Origin: a virus
Taxonomy: Duplodnaviria > Caudoviricetes
Virus record (IMG/VR): IMGVR_UViG_3300033067_001757
Location: 123,244-187,243 of that record
Reading direction: 5' to 3' (one strand)
DNA: 64,000 bases
Under the pieces are notes generated by a model. That model was not told where the DNA came from, did no database searches, and saw nothing but the letters and a program-made list of their open reading frames with translations. Position 1 is the first letter of the stretch. Each line of letters opens with the position of its first letter. Both the position numbers and the translations under genes were made by a program. This document shows positions 47,396 through 57,408 of the stretch, piece after piece.

Positions 47396-48820
47396 ATGAA
47401 AAAGAAACAATTATTAACGAAACTGACTCCTGAACAGGAAGCTCAGATACCTGTATGGATAAAGAAATATTCAGACCCTGTATTTAAAGGTGATTATTAT
47501 AAGAACTTCAAGTTCGAGAATGCTGAGAAATTAATAGACTGGCAGTATAAGAAAGCAGGCTTTGATAAACCTGTTGTACTAATCGCCCGCAGTCCATATG
47601 AAGCTCAGTTGATGTTTAACTTCATAAAGAACTACTATCCTCTGAATATAATCAAGGCAATATTTGATAGTAAAAATGGAAGAACACCTGAAATATCATC
47701 TGTTGTAGAACCGGAAACGGTTGAAAGTGATAAGCTTTACTCACAGCTTTACTCACAGCTTGACTCACAGCTTTACTCACAGCTTTGCTCACAGCTTGAC
47801 TCACAGCTTTGCTCACAGCTTGACTCACAGCTTTACTCACAGCTTTGCTCACAGCTTCGCTCACAGCTTGACTCACAGCTTTACTCACAGCTTTACTCAC
47901 AGCTTCGCTCACAGCTTCGCTCACAGCTTGACTCACAGCTTTACTCACAGCTTGACTCACAGCTTTACTCACAGCTTTGCTCACAGCTTTACTCACAGCT
48001 TGACTCACAGCTTTGCTCACAGCTTTACTCACAGCTTTGCTCACAGCTTGACTCACAGCTTTACTCACAGCTTTACTCACAGCTTGACTCACAGCTTTAC
48101 TCACAGCTTGACTCACAGGGTGATAAAAAGATGTATGAGTATAATTCAACGTATTTATTTACGTCTGATATATATTCTAATGTATTATTAGCATGGTGGG
48201 ATTATATGTTTTCAATATTAAAACTTGATGCTGATATACATGAAGACTTTATTGAGTGGAGAGACTTGTTTGTAAATAGTGGAGTATATCAAGGTATATA
48301 TTCTCAGATGGTTTGTATTATTTCTAAGTACCCGGTTGCTATCCATCGCAATTCATCAGGTCTTTTACATAATCCCAACGGCTCCGCTGTTGAATGGGAA
48401 GATAGTTGGCAGAATCATTTCATCAATGGTCGTAGTCTACCTGAGTGGATATGGCAGAAAGCTGCTAATAATGAGATCACTAAAGAGATATTTATTAAAG
48501 AAACAAACTCTGATATTAAAGGTGGTATATATGAAGTACTTGGTCAACAGAAAATGATGGAACTACTTGGTGCTAAAGAGATAGATACCAGAAGTATCGT
48601 TCATAAGAATGGAGATATTGAAACAATTACATTACTGAAAACAAAGGAAAAGTTTGCTGAGATAGATAATCAACCGTTTGCTTGGGTAAAAATGACATGC
48701 CCATCAACTGGTACGCAATACCTGCAAGGAGTAGAACCACATCATAAAAATGCGTTGGATGCGATTGCGTCATTATCAATGTTTACATCAGAAGAATATT
48801 CATTTACGCATCGTTCATAA
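47396..48820 (+). CDS. DUF6745-like protein with SQLx repeat tract
   Basis: KLTPEQEA N-terminus, 31 SQLx repeats, LH...G.A..W, CPSTG..Y...V.P C-terminus. Confidence 0.75.
   Translation: MKKKQLLTKLTPEQEAQIPVWIKKYSDPVFKGDYYKNFKFENAEKLIDWQYKKAGFDKPVVLIARSPYEAQLMFNFIKNYYPLNIIKAIFDSKNGRTPEISSVVEPETVESDKLYSQLYSQLDSQLYSQLCSQLDSQLCSQLDSQLYSQLCSQLRSQLDSQLYSQLYSQLRSQLRSQLDSQLYSQLDSQLYSQLCSQLYSQLDSQLCSQLYSQLCSQLDSQLYSQLYSQLDSQLYSQLDSQGDKKMYEYNSTYLFTSDIYSNVLLAWWDYMFSILKLDADIHEDFIEWRDLFVNSGVYQGIYSQMVCIISKYPVAIHRNSSGLLHNPNGSAVEWEDSWQNHFINGRSLPEWIWQKAANNEITKEIFIKETNSDIKGGIYEVLGQQKMMELLGAKEIDTRSIVHKNGDIETITLLKTKEKFAEIDNQPFAWVKMTCPSTGTQYLQGVEPHHKNALDAIASLSMFTSEEYSFTHRS
47741..48118 (+). repeat. 31.5 x 12-bp coding tandem repeat TCACAGCTT(TA/GA/TG/CG)C
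   Basis: Directly visible; only 2 of 12 positions vary. Confidence 0.95.
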
Positions 48821-48838
48821 ATATAAAAAACAAATACA

Positions 48839-49216
48839 ATGTCAAAGAAAACAAGTCAGATTATTGGACATCAGGGTGATGTTCAATTCAAAACAATTCA
48901 GTCGGTACCAAAAGGTGCAACCCCCATCTCAAACAAACCCATAGCTTACGGAGAACATAGTGGTCATCAGCATGTTCTTACAGGTGACGTACAGATGTTT
49001 GAGTATGAAGGTCGTATTATTACAGCAGTAGGTGGTGATGGAGCCAGACTACAGCACGTACATGAGAGTAATTTCTCAGACAAGTTGTGGACTACAACAA
49101 AGGAGTTACCAAAAGCCGATCATGGTAGCCATTTCTTACCGGAAGGAGTTTATGAATTCTATATTCAAAACTCATACAATCCATACAATAAGTTGATGGA
49201 ACAGGTAATTGATTAG
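48839..49216 (+). CDS. His-rich cupin-like partner of DUF6745-like proteins
   Basis: HQGDV, GE.SGH.H, H....LPEG.Y. Confidence 0.7.
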   Translation: MSKKTSQIIGHQGDVQFKTIQSVPKGATPISNKPIAYGEHSGHQHVLTGDVQMFEYEGRIITAVGGDGARLQHVHESNFSDKLWTTTKELPKADHGSHFLPEGVYEFYIQNSYNPYNKLMEQVID

Positions 49217-49228
49217 TCCTTGAAAACT

Positions 49229-49262
49229 AAAAGCCTCTGCTGTAAATGGTGGAGGCTTTTTT
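49229..49262 (+). terminator. intrinsic terminator
   Basis: AAAAGCCTCTGCTG-TAAA-TGGTGGAGGCTTTTTT. Confidence 0.8.
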
Positions 49263-49276
49263 AAAACATTGTATTT

Positions 49277-49585
49277 ATGAAACAAGCATTTGTAATTATG
49301 ACGGATACGATCTGTCAAGGTAATATCATCGGTTGTTGGGCAGAAGATGCAACAGGTAAAAGAGTACCATCCACGTATGACACAGAAGTTGCTGCATGGA
49401 AAGAAGATGGAAAGATCATATACGATGCTGAAGCTGGATCAAATGATGTATGGTCTGTATATCTCAGGATGGATATGACTATAGAAGAAGATAATCCATT
49501 ACGATGCATCGCTGACTTCGAGACTGTTGAGCAGGCTTTGATATTTGAGAAGCTGGTTAGGTTACTCTTAAAACTTGACGTATGA
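49277..49585 (+). CDS. hypothetical protein
   Basis: 102-aa ORF. Confidence 0.6.
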   Translation: MKQAFVIMTDTICQGNIIGCWAEDATGKRVPSTYDTEVAAWKEDGKIIYDAEAGSNDVWSVYLRMDMTIEEDNPLRCIADFETVEQALIFEKLVRLLLKLDV

Positions 49586-49878
49586 GCATACCACACAAAA
49601 AGAGAACACTGCGGGTAACATCAACAAACGGAATCTTAACGGTTGATAAGCAAACCGGACAAGTTATGCGATGTGATATGTATCTTAAAGGTGACGATTA
49701 TATAACTAAGATCACCAGGTTCCATTTAAGTGAATATAAACAAACATATCAAACTTCTGTACCGGATACACTTGATATTCTCGATCTCGGTTACTGGAAT
49801 ATAGACAAGAGTTATGAAGAACCGGCATATGAATGGAGACAGGATTTAAAAATATTACAAGCAGGAGGTGAAGTATGA
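49582..49878 (+). CDS. hypothetical protein
   Basis: DILDLGYW motif. Confidence 0.65.
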   Translation: MSIPHKKRTLRVTSTNGILTVDKQTGQVMRCDMYLKGDDYITKITRFHLSEYKQTYQTSVPDTLDILDLGYWNIDKSYEEPAYEWRQDLKILQAGGEV

Positions 49879-49968
49879 AAGGATTAGATGTTGTATGGAA
49901 ACGATTCCTTGAAGATGATATCAAGTTAACACCCGGTCAGAATGGTTAACTATTAAACAATAAAGTCT

Positions 49969-50280
49969 ATGGAAAAAGGTAAATATAAAGCGATACTATT
50001 CGCACCAGATGGTGATTACACCACATACTTTCGCGACAGAGATACCATTGAAGATGTCTGGAAGGAGATCGAAAATATGGGTAGCAGATGGGTATTTTAT
50101 CCTATCTGTTGTGTAGGTACAGATAAAACGATTGTAGATGTGCCTTACGGCGGTTTTGAATATCTGAAAGGTAAACGTATCAAAACAGTAAAGAAGATCA
50201 TTGCTGAGCACTGTGATGAACTTTGTGAGGCATTGAATGCCGGTAATCCTGTTTACCATATTCTTCCACAAATAATATAA
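49969..50280 (+). CDS. hypothetical protein
   Basis: GSRW.FYP motif. Confidence 0.65.
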   Translation: MEKGKYKAILFAPDGDYTTYFRDRDTIEDVWKEIENMGSRWVFYPICCVGTDKTIVDVPYGGFEYLKGKRIKTVKKIIAEHCDELCEALNAGNPVYHILPQII

Positions 50281-50285
50281 CAACC

Positions 50286-50567
50286 ATGAAAGTCATACAA
50301 CATCTAACACTACCAACCGCCAACCGGGGCCAAAAGGAGTTCATTATATCTCAGACTGATAAAGGGTTCTTCGCTCATGAACTCGGTGACCTTACACAAT
50401 GGGCCAAAGTATTTGGTGGTAATGAACAGACAGCACATAGACTGAATCCTAACCGCAGAATCGGTAATCAGTATATACGTAGCCGGCGACCACGACCATT
50501 CAAGTCAATTGAACAAGCTATCAGTAGCATACATCAACACGCTAATAAATCAGTACAATATTTTTAA
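50286..50567 (+). CDS. hypothetical protein
   Basis: 93-aa ORF. Confidence 0.6.
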   Translation: MKVIQHLTLPTANRGQKEFIISQTDKGFFAHELGDLTQWAKVFGGNEQTAHRLNPNRRIGNQYIRSRRPRPFKSIEQAISSIHQHANKSVQYF

Positions 50568-50584
50568 TCAATAAAATAAAGGTC

Positions 50585-51325
50585 ATGATAGAAGCATATA
50601 AAACACTCAGATACAAAGGTCATACTATTAAAATAATAGCAGATGACTGTCCGGAATCACCAAGAGAATGGGATAATCTTGGTACCATGATTTGCTTTCA
50701 TAGCAGATACGATCTCGGTGATAGTAAAGAAAGCAAACATTATAACGATTCGGAAGACTTCTTTGCAGAATTAGCCGGTGTAGATTACCATGAATTTTAT
50801 AACAAGTACGATAAAGGATTTGCAATACCTGGTAGTTCAAAGGATGTTTATAAAGAAGTGATGAATAAATTATCCAAGCTGGCTCACGAAAGGAATATTA
50901 TTCTTCCAATATATCTCTATGACCATTCCGGTATTACTATGAGTACTGGCAGGTTCTCATGTCCTTGGGACAGTGGTCAGGTTGGATGGATATATGTTTC
51001 CAAAGAAGATGTCAGGAAGGAATACAAGTGGAAGAATCTTACCAAAGAAAGAATCGCTACCATTGAAAAATATCTCGAAGGTGAGGTTGAAACATATGAT
51101 CAGTTTCTTACAGGTGAAGTATACGGATGGAAGGTTGTGGAAACAGGTGAATCTGTTTGGGGATATTATGGTGATGAAGGTATTGAAGATGCTATCAGCG
51201 AGGCCAAGAGTTCAATTGATTGGGAAGTCAAGAATAGCATCAAGAAACATACCGAACAATTGAAGAACTGGATAAGGAATAAGGTTCCTGTGGCTTATAG
51301 GAAACCTTTAGAACTGGTTGTATAA
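50585..51325 (+). CDS. conserved phage protein (SPREWDNLG / YLYDHSG / WDSGQVG family)
   Basis: Motifs visible; motif start. Confidence 0.8.
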   Translation: MIEAYKTLRYKGHTIKIIADDCPESPREWDNLGTMICFHSRYDLGDSKESKHYNDSEDFFAELAGVDYHEFYNKYDKGFAIPGSSKDVYKEVMNKLSKLAHERNIILPIYLYDHSGITMSTGRFSCPWDSGQVGWIYVSKEDVRKEYKWKNLTKERIATIEKYLEGEVETYDQFLTGEVYGWKVVETGESVWGYYGDEGIEDAISEAKSSIDWEVKNSIKKHTEQLKNWIRNKVPVAYRKPLELVV

Positions 51326-51335
51326 ATTAATAATC

Positions 51336-51509
51336 ATGAACAATCCAACAGCAGAAAAGATGGATGTTATTATCAACGTCCAGATGCTTCAAGAAAAGAT
51401 ATATGGTCAGGTTGAGGACTTTGAAATACTGAATTCATATGACGTTGAAGAACTTAGGAAAATAGTAGACGACCTCTTACCTTTATACAATAAAAAAGTA
51501 ACACAATGA
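51336..51509 (+). CDS. small hypothetical protein
   Basis: Start taken at MNNPT. Confidence 0.55.
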   Translation: MNNPTAEKMDVIINVQMLQEKIYGQVEDFEILNSYDVEELRKIVDDLLPLYNKKVTQ

Positions 51510-51907
51510 CAGACTATCAGAAACAAGCAAATGATTTCCTTGAACAGACAGGAACAACACTATCATTCAAGTTCTCAGGCCATGATTATCATTTCGAGGA
51601 TGATAAAGAAATGCGGGACACTTGGATAGTTACAATCAGACGTGGTAAGAAACGTTGGGTAGTAAAGTTTGGACAATCTATATCTGATACTGGTAAACAA
51701 CCTACCGCGTATGATATACTCACATGCCTGGAAAAATATGACGTTGGTTCTTTTGAAAACTTCTGCGGTGAATTTGGTTACGACTCGCAGCCACTGTCGA
51801 GTTATCCGAAAGTCATGAAGATTTATAAGGGTGTACAGCGGGAGTATCAAAAGCTTATTGATATGTACACTGAGGATGAGATGGATTTATTAAGAGAAAT
51901 ACAATAA
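51506..51907 (+). CDS. conserved phage protein (P.AYD.L.CL / FE.FC.EFGY family)
   Basis: Motifs visible. Confidence 0.75.
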   Translation: MTDYQKQANDFLEQTGTTLSFKFSGHDYHFEDDKEMRDTWIVTIRRGKKRWVVKFGQSISDTGKQPTAYDILTCLEKYDVGSFENFCGEFGYDSQPLSSYPKVMKIYKGVQREYQKLIDMYTEDEMDLLREIQ

Positions 51908-51911
51908 CAAA

Positions 51912-52286
51912 ATGAAAAACTTCATAATCACCTGGGACAATACGAGATGGTATGATCTGACAAACCATCAGCAGCTCACTCTTACATACTTACTTGGCCG
52001 GCTTAGTTTAGAAAGCATGTATGATGAACCGATTAAAGTAGATATTGTCGGTAATAAAGCAGAAGAATGGGTAGCGATCAGATTGTTTGGAGTTAATCTC
52101 AATTTGGTTAAAGATTATATGAATAGCTATCTACTCAAGTATGATATTAATCCTATCGGTAACGGTCCTGACAGTGCTATAATAACTGAACAGTATTCAG
52201 GCGTATTGATATGGAATAAAGAAATAGTTCTCAGGCCAGAAGTAGTTCAGTCAATCGGATTATATAAAGTAAAAAAGAAATCATAA
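51912..52286 (+). CDS. hypothetical protein
   Basis: 124-aa ORF. Confidence 0.6.
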   Translation: MKNFIITWDNTRWYDLTNHQQLTLTYLLGRLSLESMYDEPIKVDIVGNKAEEWVAIRLFGVNLNLVKDYMNSYLLKYDINPIGNGPDSAIITEQYSGVLIWNKEIVLRPEVVQSIGLYKVKKKS

Positions 52287-52432
52287 TGAAAGCAGTATAT
52301 ATTTATCCGGAAGACATTGGAGTATCCACTGAGTACAACGACAGATGGATCAATTTCATAATGAAGTTTGGATACACAACTGGTACTCCCTGGAGCTGTG
52401 TGTTACTAACATCAATAGAAATAGAAAACTAA
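52286..52432 (+). CDS. small hypothetical protein (48 aa, not in ORF track)
   Basis: TAATG overlaps at both ends. Confidence 0.5.
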   Translation: MKAVYIYPEDIGVSTEYNDRWINFIMKFGYTTGTPWSCVLLTSIEIEN

Positions 52433-52632
52433 TGAACACCATATTCAATCTCCCAGTATCCCAGGCCGTTGCTATCCTAAACACACTTAGCCGGGAAGAC
52501 TTAATCGACATACTCTCTAAAAACGATTCTAACGGCATTTACAGCGACTCAGATTCTATACGGGAGTTTGGGTCACCTGCAACCAGAGAGGAGCTTATTG
52601 AGGCTTTCTGGAGGCAATGGGATGGAGAATAA
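52432..52632 (+). CDS. small hypothetical protein (ND.NG.Y.D family)
   Basis: Start taken at MNTIF. Confidence 0.6.
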   Translation: MNTIFNLPVSQAVAILNTLSREDLIDILSKNDSNGIYSDSDSIREFGSPATREELIEAFWRQWDGE

Positions 52633-52665
52633 TATTAAACAATAAAACAAAATAAAATCAAGGTT

Positions 52666-52974
52666 ATGAAATTCACGTATCACGATACAGATGCTATACG
52701 CACATCGTATCTAAAACAAATCAAACAGTTTATACAAGAGTATAGACATCTGTTTCCATTTACTCGAACAGAACATTCTCATCTCTTAAATTTTGAAACA
52801 AGTAAAGGTGGTGTAGTGACCATTGATACATGGGGAGTTGAGACAGATAATTGCGATGATGGTTTCGAAGAGTTAGACATAGTTGATCTGGAATACATCA
52901 TTGAGAATGTATTCGAACCAGCAGCCATAGAATCAGATAAGACTATGGCCAGGTCACGTTCAGAAAACTTTTAA
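52666..52974 (+). CDS. hypothetical acidic protein
   Basis: AAGGTT-ATG start. Confidence 0.65.
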   Translation: MKFTYHDTDAIRTSYLKQIKQFIQEYRHLFPFTRTEHSHLLNFETSKGGVVTIDTWGVETDNCDDGFEELDIVDLEYIIENVFEPAAIESDKTMARSRSENF

Positions 52975-52998
52975 CAATCACAACATAAAATAGAGGTC

Positions 52999-53256
52999 AT
53001 GAAAAATGTAATCAATGCTCAGTTCGTATCTGTTTGGGATGATGGAGTTGAAATCAAAACATCGTGCAGATATTGCAAGTCTTCCAACACCGCGTTTGAT
53101 ATAGAGATTGCCGATATCAACGGAGTTGAAATACTTCAGGAACAGTATGTAGAACTGCCAGACGGTACTCAGATACACGACTTCAATACAGAAGAAGATG
53201 ATGAGTTATCTGCATCAGATATCGACGAGCTTAAAAGAATATTCAACAATAAATAA
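52999..53256 (+). CDS. hypothetical acidic protein
   Basis: A.FVSVWD.G motif. Confidence 0.65.
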   Translation: MKNVINAQFVSVWDDGVEIKTSCRYCKSSNTAFDIEIADINGVEILQEQYVELPDGTQIHDFNTEEDDELSASDIDELKRIFNNK

Positions 53257-53261
53257 AGGTT

Positions 53262-53711
53262 ATGAAACTTTCAAAGAAACCAACCGGATGGTTGATGGTC
53301 AAAGCGTTCACTGGTTCCGAATGGGATTCAGTTGACTTTATGTTGCTGGATATTAGCAGTAAAACATTCAATAACTATCTCAGGGAGATGATTGATAAAG
53401 CCGAAGCATTCAAAGATGATATGTCATTCTATTGTTTATCACATTGGAGTGACAATGCTGACTGGTATATCTTCTCATATGAGGAAGACGGTTATGTAGA
53501 AACACCCAAACTGGAGGATGGCTGGAGTTATGTTGACTTAACAGTAGACGAGTTGAATAAATTAAAAAGGCCAGAACAGTGGATGAGAGGGGGTCTTATT
53601 AAAACATTTTCTAATGGTGATATTCAATTCACTACAAATGGTAAACATACCGATGAAGAATTCTGGTCTGAACGTATTCCAATGGAACAAATATTAAATG
53701 ATATACCATGA
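53262..53711 (+). CDS. hypothetical protein
   Basis: Motif start; SEWD, GKHT.EEFW. Confidence 0.7.
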   Translation: MKLSKKPTGWLMVKAFTGSEWDSVDFMLLDISSKTFNNYLREMIDKAEAFKDDMSFYCLSHWSDNADWYIFSYEEDGYVETPKLEDGWSYVDLTVDELNKLKRPEQWMRGGLIKTFSNGDIQFTTNGKHTDEEFWSERIPMEQILNDIP

Positions 53712-54163
53712 AAACAAGATATAAAGTCTGGCTCCACTTAGAAGAAATTACCACAGACGATGATGGTAATGAAGACTTTAAAACGAGAGACGATCTGATT
53801 CTCCCAATGGACGTAGCTGAAGAAGATAATCTGGAAGATGCCGAGAGAGTGATGAAAGATATCTATGATAAATATTATCCTGAACCAGACGGGCCATACA
53901 TCCAGTTAGTAGAAGACTTCGGTAATAAGCTGACAAGCGATTTGGATAAGAAATACTTTTCGAATGTGAAGTATTACCGCGACAACGAAGACGATACTGA
54001 TGTTCACTATACAGTTGAATTATTCAGTAATGGATGTCTCAATTACAGCAATCTGATCTACAGATTGGCATACAGTTGTAAGGATACTAAATCAAACATT
54101 CACAATATTGTTCAGCAGTATATTGTAGACAACGGTAATGATGAGTATCAAAATGATTTCTGA
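53708..54163 (+). CDS. hypothetical acidic protein
   Basis: 151-aa ORF. Confidence 0.65.
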   Translation: MKTRYKVWLHLEEITTDDDGNEDFKTRDDLILPMDVAEEDNLEDAERVMKDIYDKYYPEPDGPYIQLVEDFGNKLTSDLDKKYFSNVKYYRDNEDDTDVHYTVELFSNGCLNYSNLIYRLAYSCKDTKSNIHNIVQQYIVDNGNDEYQNDF

Positions 54164-54187
54164 TCACAATTAAAAACAATAAAGGTT

Positions 54188-54394
54188 ATGTACTACTACG
54201 AAATACACGTATTCTACGCAAGGAATACCGGCTACTCATTCGGAATAGAATCTCCTGAACAGTTAGATGAAGAAGAGGCTATTGAATTAGCAGTCAAACA
54301 AAACAAGTTCTCGGAGGAAGGAGATGAAACTATTGTCGACTATGTAGATGAGATATCCGAAGACATATATCGGAGCAATTTTAGTAACGATTAA
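54188..54394 (+). CDS. small acidic protein
   Basis: Motif start. Confidence 0.65.
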   Translation: MYYYEIHVFYARNTGYSFGIESPEQLDEEEAIELAVKQNKFSEEGDETIVDYVDEISEDIYRSNFSND

Positions 54395-54408
54395 AAACAA
54401 TAAAGGTC

Positions 54409-54714
54409 ATGACAATAGAACAGCACCAACAAGCACAGCTTGAAGGATGGGATGTATTCCACACAGGTCAACAAGACGCTGTACATAATTTATACGAACT
54501 ACAACGGGTAGATGAACTCGGAATATTTGCAGACGATACTCTTGCAATTCTTCATGTAGCGTCTTTGGCCCATAATGATCCTTCATCTTTACATGCCGAT
54601 GCCATCCGATTCTTAGCAAAAAACTCACCCAATGAAGTGGATGGTATTATGAGGAGTATATATGGTAGTAAGCAGACGGATGATCTTCTTAAAAAATTAA
54701 ACATACAATTATGA
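54409..54714 (+). CDS. hypothetical protein
   Basis: Motif start; A..EGW..F, LQR.DE. Confidence 0.65.
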   Translation: MTIEQHQQAQLEGWDVFHTGQQDAVHNLYELQRVDELGIFADDTLAILHVASLAHNDPSSLHADAIRFLAKNSPNEVDGIMRSIYGSKQTDDLLKKLNIQL

Positions 54715-54992
54715 CACCGAACGCCTCTCTGCTAATATCAGATGCCCATGGTATCTATATTCCGTATTACTTCGCCACCCATTTTAAATGGGATGTTCCA
54801 CCCGATCTTCAGGAAGATTTTGACATACTTCGAAGCGGCACTGATAACGAAGAATATTGGGAAGCCTGGGAGAACATCCTCGATAACTTCACACCACTCG
54901 ATGATGAAGGTCGGAAGTTTATTCTATATCAGAATGGTGATGTGTGGGCTATACCTGAAGATGAGTATGAATTGATTCCTGAAAATTATTAA
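54711..54992 (+). CDS. conserved small acidic phage protein
   Basis: D.HGIYIP..F, YWEAW..ILD, LYQ.GD.W. Confidence 0.7.
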   Translation: MTPNASLLISDAHGIYIPYYFATHFKWDVPPDLQEDFDILRSGTDNEEYWEAWENILDNFTPLDDEGRKFILYQNGDVWAIPEDEYELIPENY

Positions 54993-55011
54993 AACAAAAA
55001 CATAAAAGATT

Positions 55012-55497
55012 ATGAACAGTATTATCTATAAAGATATTGAGTATCCTGTTAAAAATTTAACCGTAAGATATGCACCGACATCAAATGAGTATCCTTACGA
55101 CCAGAATAGTCATTGTTATCCTATCGCTCCGGAAAGCCTGTTCGATGCAATGTGTGGAGATGATGAAACATTGAAAGGAGATGATGAAGAAGAAATTGAT
55201 TCATTCATTCATTATTATGTTGATGATAATATTTTCTATAATAAGTCAGATCAGGAGATTGCATTGGAGTATTTAGATGAGCCATACATATTAGTAACAG
55301 ATGTAATAGGAGATGAAGATATTAAAGATGTAGCATCAACACTGAAAGTTGAAGTAACATACGATCTCATATTATATGTTATGTCTGAATATGAATCCGT
55401 TCAGAGAAATGATCCAACCGGCAATATTCCAATATGGATTGAGGATGCAATTTATAACTATCAAACATTAAATAAACACAACAATGAAAACAAGTAA
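55012..55497 (+). CDS. acidic hypothetical protein
   Basis: 161 aa; paralogue of the frameshifted gene at 62552. Confidence 0.65.
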   Translation: MNSIIYKDIEYPVKNLTVRYAPTSNEYPYDQNSHCYPIAPESLFDAMCGDDETLKGDDEEEIDSFIHYYVDDNIFYNKSDQEIALEYLDEPYILVTDVIGDEDIKDVASTLKVEVTYDLILYVMSEYESVQRNDPTGNIPIWIEDAIYNYQTLNKHNNENK

Positions 55498-55780
55498 AGA
55501 ATACTGGGATGAATATATAATATTAAAATCTCAGGTAATAAACGACATCGTTGAATACTGCCGGTATATGAAACCTGGAGAGCGTATTCCTTTTTTAGAA
55601 CACGGTCTTTCATTATCATGTGATCCGGATGTATATGCATATGGTTTAGTAATATCTGAAGACGGAGATGTAGGAATTGATATTGTTGATGGAGACGGAT
55701 GGTGGTCAATATACACAGACTCTCTTGAGATAGTTGACCTCATATCAATATACGAGGAATGTTTATCATCTAAAAAATAA
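55484..55780 (+). CDS. acidic hypothetical protein
   Basis: 98-aa ORF. Confidence 0.6.
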   Translation: MKTSKEYWDEYIILKSQVINDIVEYCRYMKPGERIPFLEHGLSLSCDPDVYAYGLVISEDGDVGIDIVDGDGWWSIYTDSLEIVDLISIYEECLSSKK

Positions 55781-55986
55781 TGACAATGAAACCAAGAATA
55801 TTAATTGAAGTACGAGGTGGTATCATAACATTTATCCTTTCTAATACGGACAACATAGAGATTGTAATTCTCGATCACGACTGGGAAGAAAGTCAAATTT
55901 ATAGTTATAAACCAGATAGCATAATGACTGATGAAGGACTTGATGATTATATTAAAAGAGAATTAAAAGAGGAGGATAAACAATGA
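55780..55986 (+). CDS. small hypothetical protein (I.V.GG family)
   Basis: 68-aa ORF. Confidence 0.6.
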   Translation: MTMKPRILIEVRGGIITFILSNTDNIEIVILDHDWEESQIYSYKPDSIMTDEGLDDYIKRELKEEDKQ

Positions 55987-56174
55987 AAGCAGTATTAGTT
56001 TACTGGTCTCCCATAACGAGAGTTGTGGTACCAGACGATGCGACTGAGAAAGAAATAATAGAATCAGCTCAATCTAATCTCCAACATCTGCTTGATAGAT
56101 GTTTACATGAAAACGTTGAGAAGATAGTTCCTGATACCGAATGTCCTTACGACACGGAGTTTGATAAAGAATAA
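55983..56174 (+). CDS. small hypothetical protein
   Basis: 63-aa ORF. Confidence 0.6.
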   Translation: MKAVLVYWSPITRVVVPDDATEKEIIESAQSNLQHLLDRCLHENVEKIVPDTECPYDTEFDKE

Positions 56175-56185
56175 AACATTTTATA

Positions 56186-56437
56186 ATGGAAAACTTCAAA
56201 AAAGAGTTCAGAGATTTAGAAATGAAAGTCATGCGTTCTCTGAGAGATACCATCGAGAAAAGCTCATCTGAATCGAAACATATGAATACGAAGGCTATTA
56301 AGGTTAACGTTTTTGATTACACCGAATTATGCATCGTTGATGATAGACTAACTTTTTTAGATGATTATGGTCTACACTATTCTATTTATGCAGAAGCTTC
56401 TTTGGAAGATCTTATTGACATTCTAAATTCTATATAA
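56186..56437 (+). CDS. hypothetical protein
   Basis: 83-aa ORF. Confidence 0.6.
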   Translation: MENFKKEFRDLEMKVMRSLRDTIEKSSSESKHMNTKAIKVNVFDYTELCIVDDRLTFLDDYGLHYSIYAEASLEDLIDILNSI

Positions 56438-56446
56438 TATACAACT

Positions 56447-56614
56447 ATGCCACTATACGAATGTTACGTTTCATTTACATATGAAGCAGACTCTCCTGAT
56501 GAAGCAGCAAAAATGTTCCTCACAAATATACCAATGGCAACTTGGTATGTAGGTGTCAGAGATACCGAAACGGGTGAACAGTTTACAGTCGACACGGATA
56601 CAAGCGACGTTTAA
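56447..56614 (+). CDS. small acidic protein (55 aa, not in ORF track)
   Basis: MPLYECYVSFTYEADSPDEAAK... Confidence 0.55.
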   Translation: MPLYECYVSFTYEADSPDEAAKMFLTNIPMATWYVGVRDTETGEQFTVDTDTSDV

Positions 56615-56638
56615 GCAAAATAAAAAACACTCAGCACA

Positions 56639-56992
56639 ATGACAAATCTTCTCGAACCAGCCATCCGTCATGTACTCAGAAACCATCCTCAGAGCCTTGT
56701 GGTGAGGTTGGAATCTCGTGGTAATCCAGATCATAATCAAAATCCATACGAAGCTATCTCGCCACCTCTAACGCGTCCGTGTGATACATTCGCAGATGCG
56801 GTAGAATATTGCAGGAACTATATAGGCACATATAACCTGGGTGGTGGTAACTGGAATGGTGGACAGATATACCATCCGACCAAAGGACTCATAGCTTATG
56901 TGAGTTATAATGGTAGGGTATGGAAAAGTATTACCGGCGAGTGGGAACCGGGTCAGGAAGAGATCACTGACCTTGATACAAATGACTATTAA
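56639..56992 (+). CDS. conserved phage protein (GNPD..Q / LGGGNW.GG / SYNGRVW family)
   Basis: Motifs visible. Confidence 0.75.
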   Translation: MTNLLEPAIRHVLRNHPQSLVVRLESRGNPDHNQNPYEAISPPLTRPCDTFADAVEYCRNYIGTYNLGGGNWNGGQIYHPTKGLIAYVSYNGRVWKSITGEWEPGQEEITDLDTNDY

Positions 56993-57004
56993 AATATACA
57001 TACA

Positions 57005-57190
57005 ATGACCAGAGAAGAATTATTGGATAAGCTTTGTTATTATGACATACGAAATCCTTATTGCCCGTTCGATGAGGAAGAACTTTTGGAACGAAAGAAA
57101 GATGTTAATAATAACGGACCTTGCTATTGCGATAACTGTTTCTATGGTCGTACACCACTTGCAGAAGAACTATTAAAATATATACAATGA
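57005..57190 (+). CDS. small Cys-rich protein
   Basis: C.CDNCFYGR. Confidence 0.65.
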   Translation: MTREELLDKLCYYDIRNPYCPFDEEELLERKKDVNNNGPCYCDNCFYGRTPLAEELLKYIQ

Positions 57191-57408
57191 AACAATACAC
57201 AATACCAATCGTGTGGCAAACTTGGAAAACATTTGAAGTAGATGCCAATAATTTACAGGAAGCTGTTCAAAAAGCGCTTAGTCAGTTTTTTTCAGAACCA
57301 TGTTCTGATGGTAATTATCTGGAAGATTCTTTTGAAATAGATGGAATCATTGAAGATAACTATCCAGATGAAGAATACGATTTAAACAAAGCAATACAAT
57401 TAACATGA
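57187..57408 (+). CDS. small acidic protein
   Basis: 73-aa ORF. Confidence 0.65.
   Translation: MKQYTIPIVWQTWKTFEVDANNLQEAVQKALSQFFSEPCSDGNYLEDSFEIDGIIEDNYPDEEYDLNKAIQLT

Noticed and set aside
47741-48118. Diversity-generating retroelement variable region
   Set aside because: No reverse transcriptase or template repeat in the window, and the variation is a four-allele tandem pattern rather than adenine-specific.
47652-48191. Alternative-frame ORFs (SQAVSKAV and HSFT repeats)
   Set aside because: By-products of a stop-free 12-bp repeat inside the real gene.
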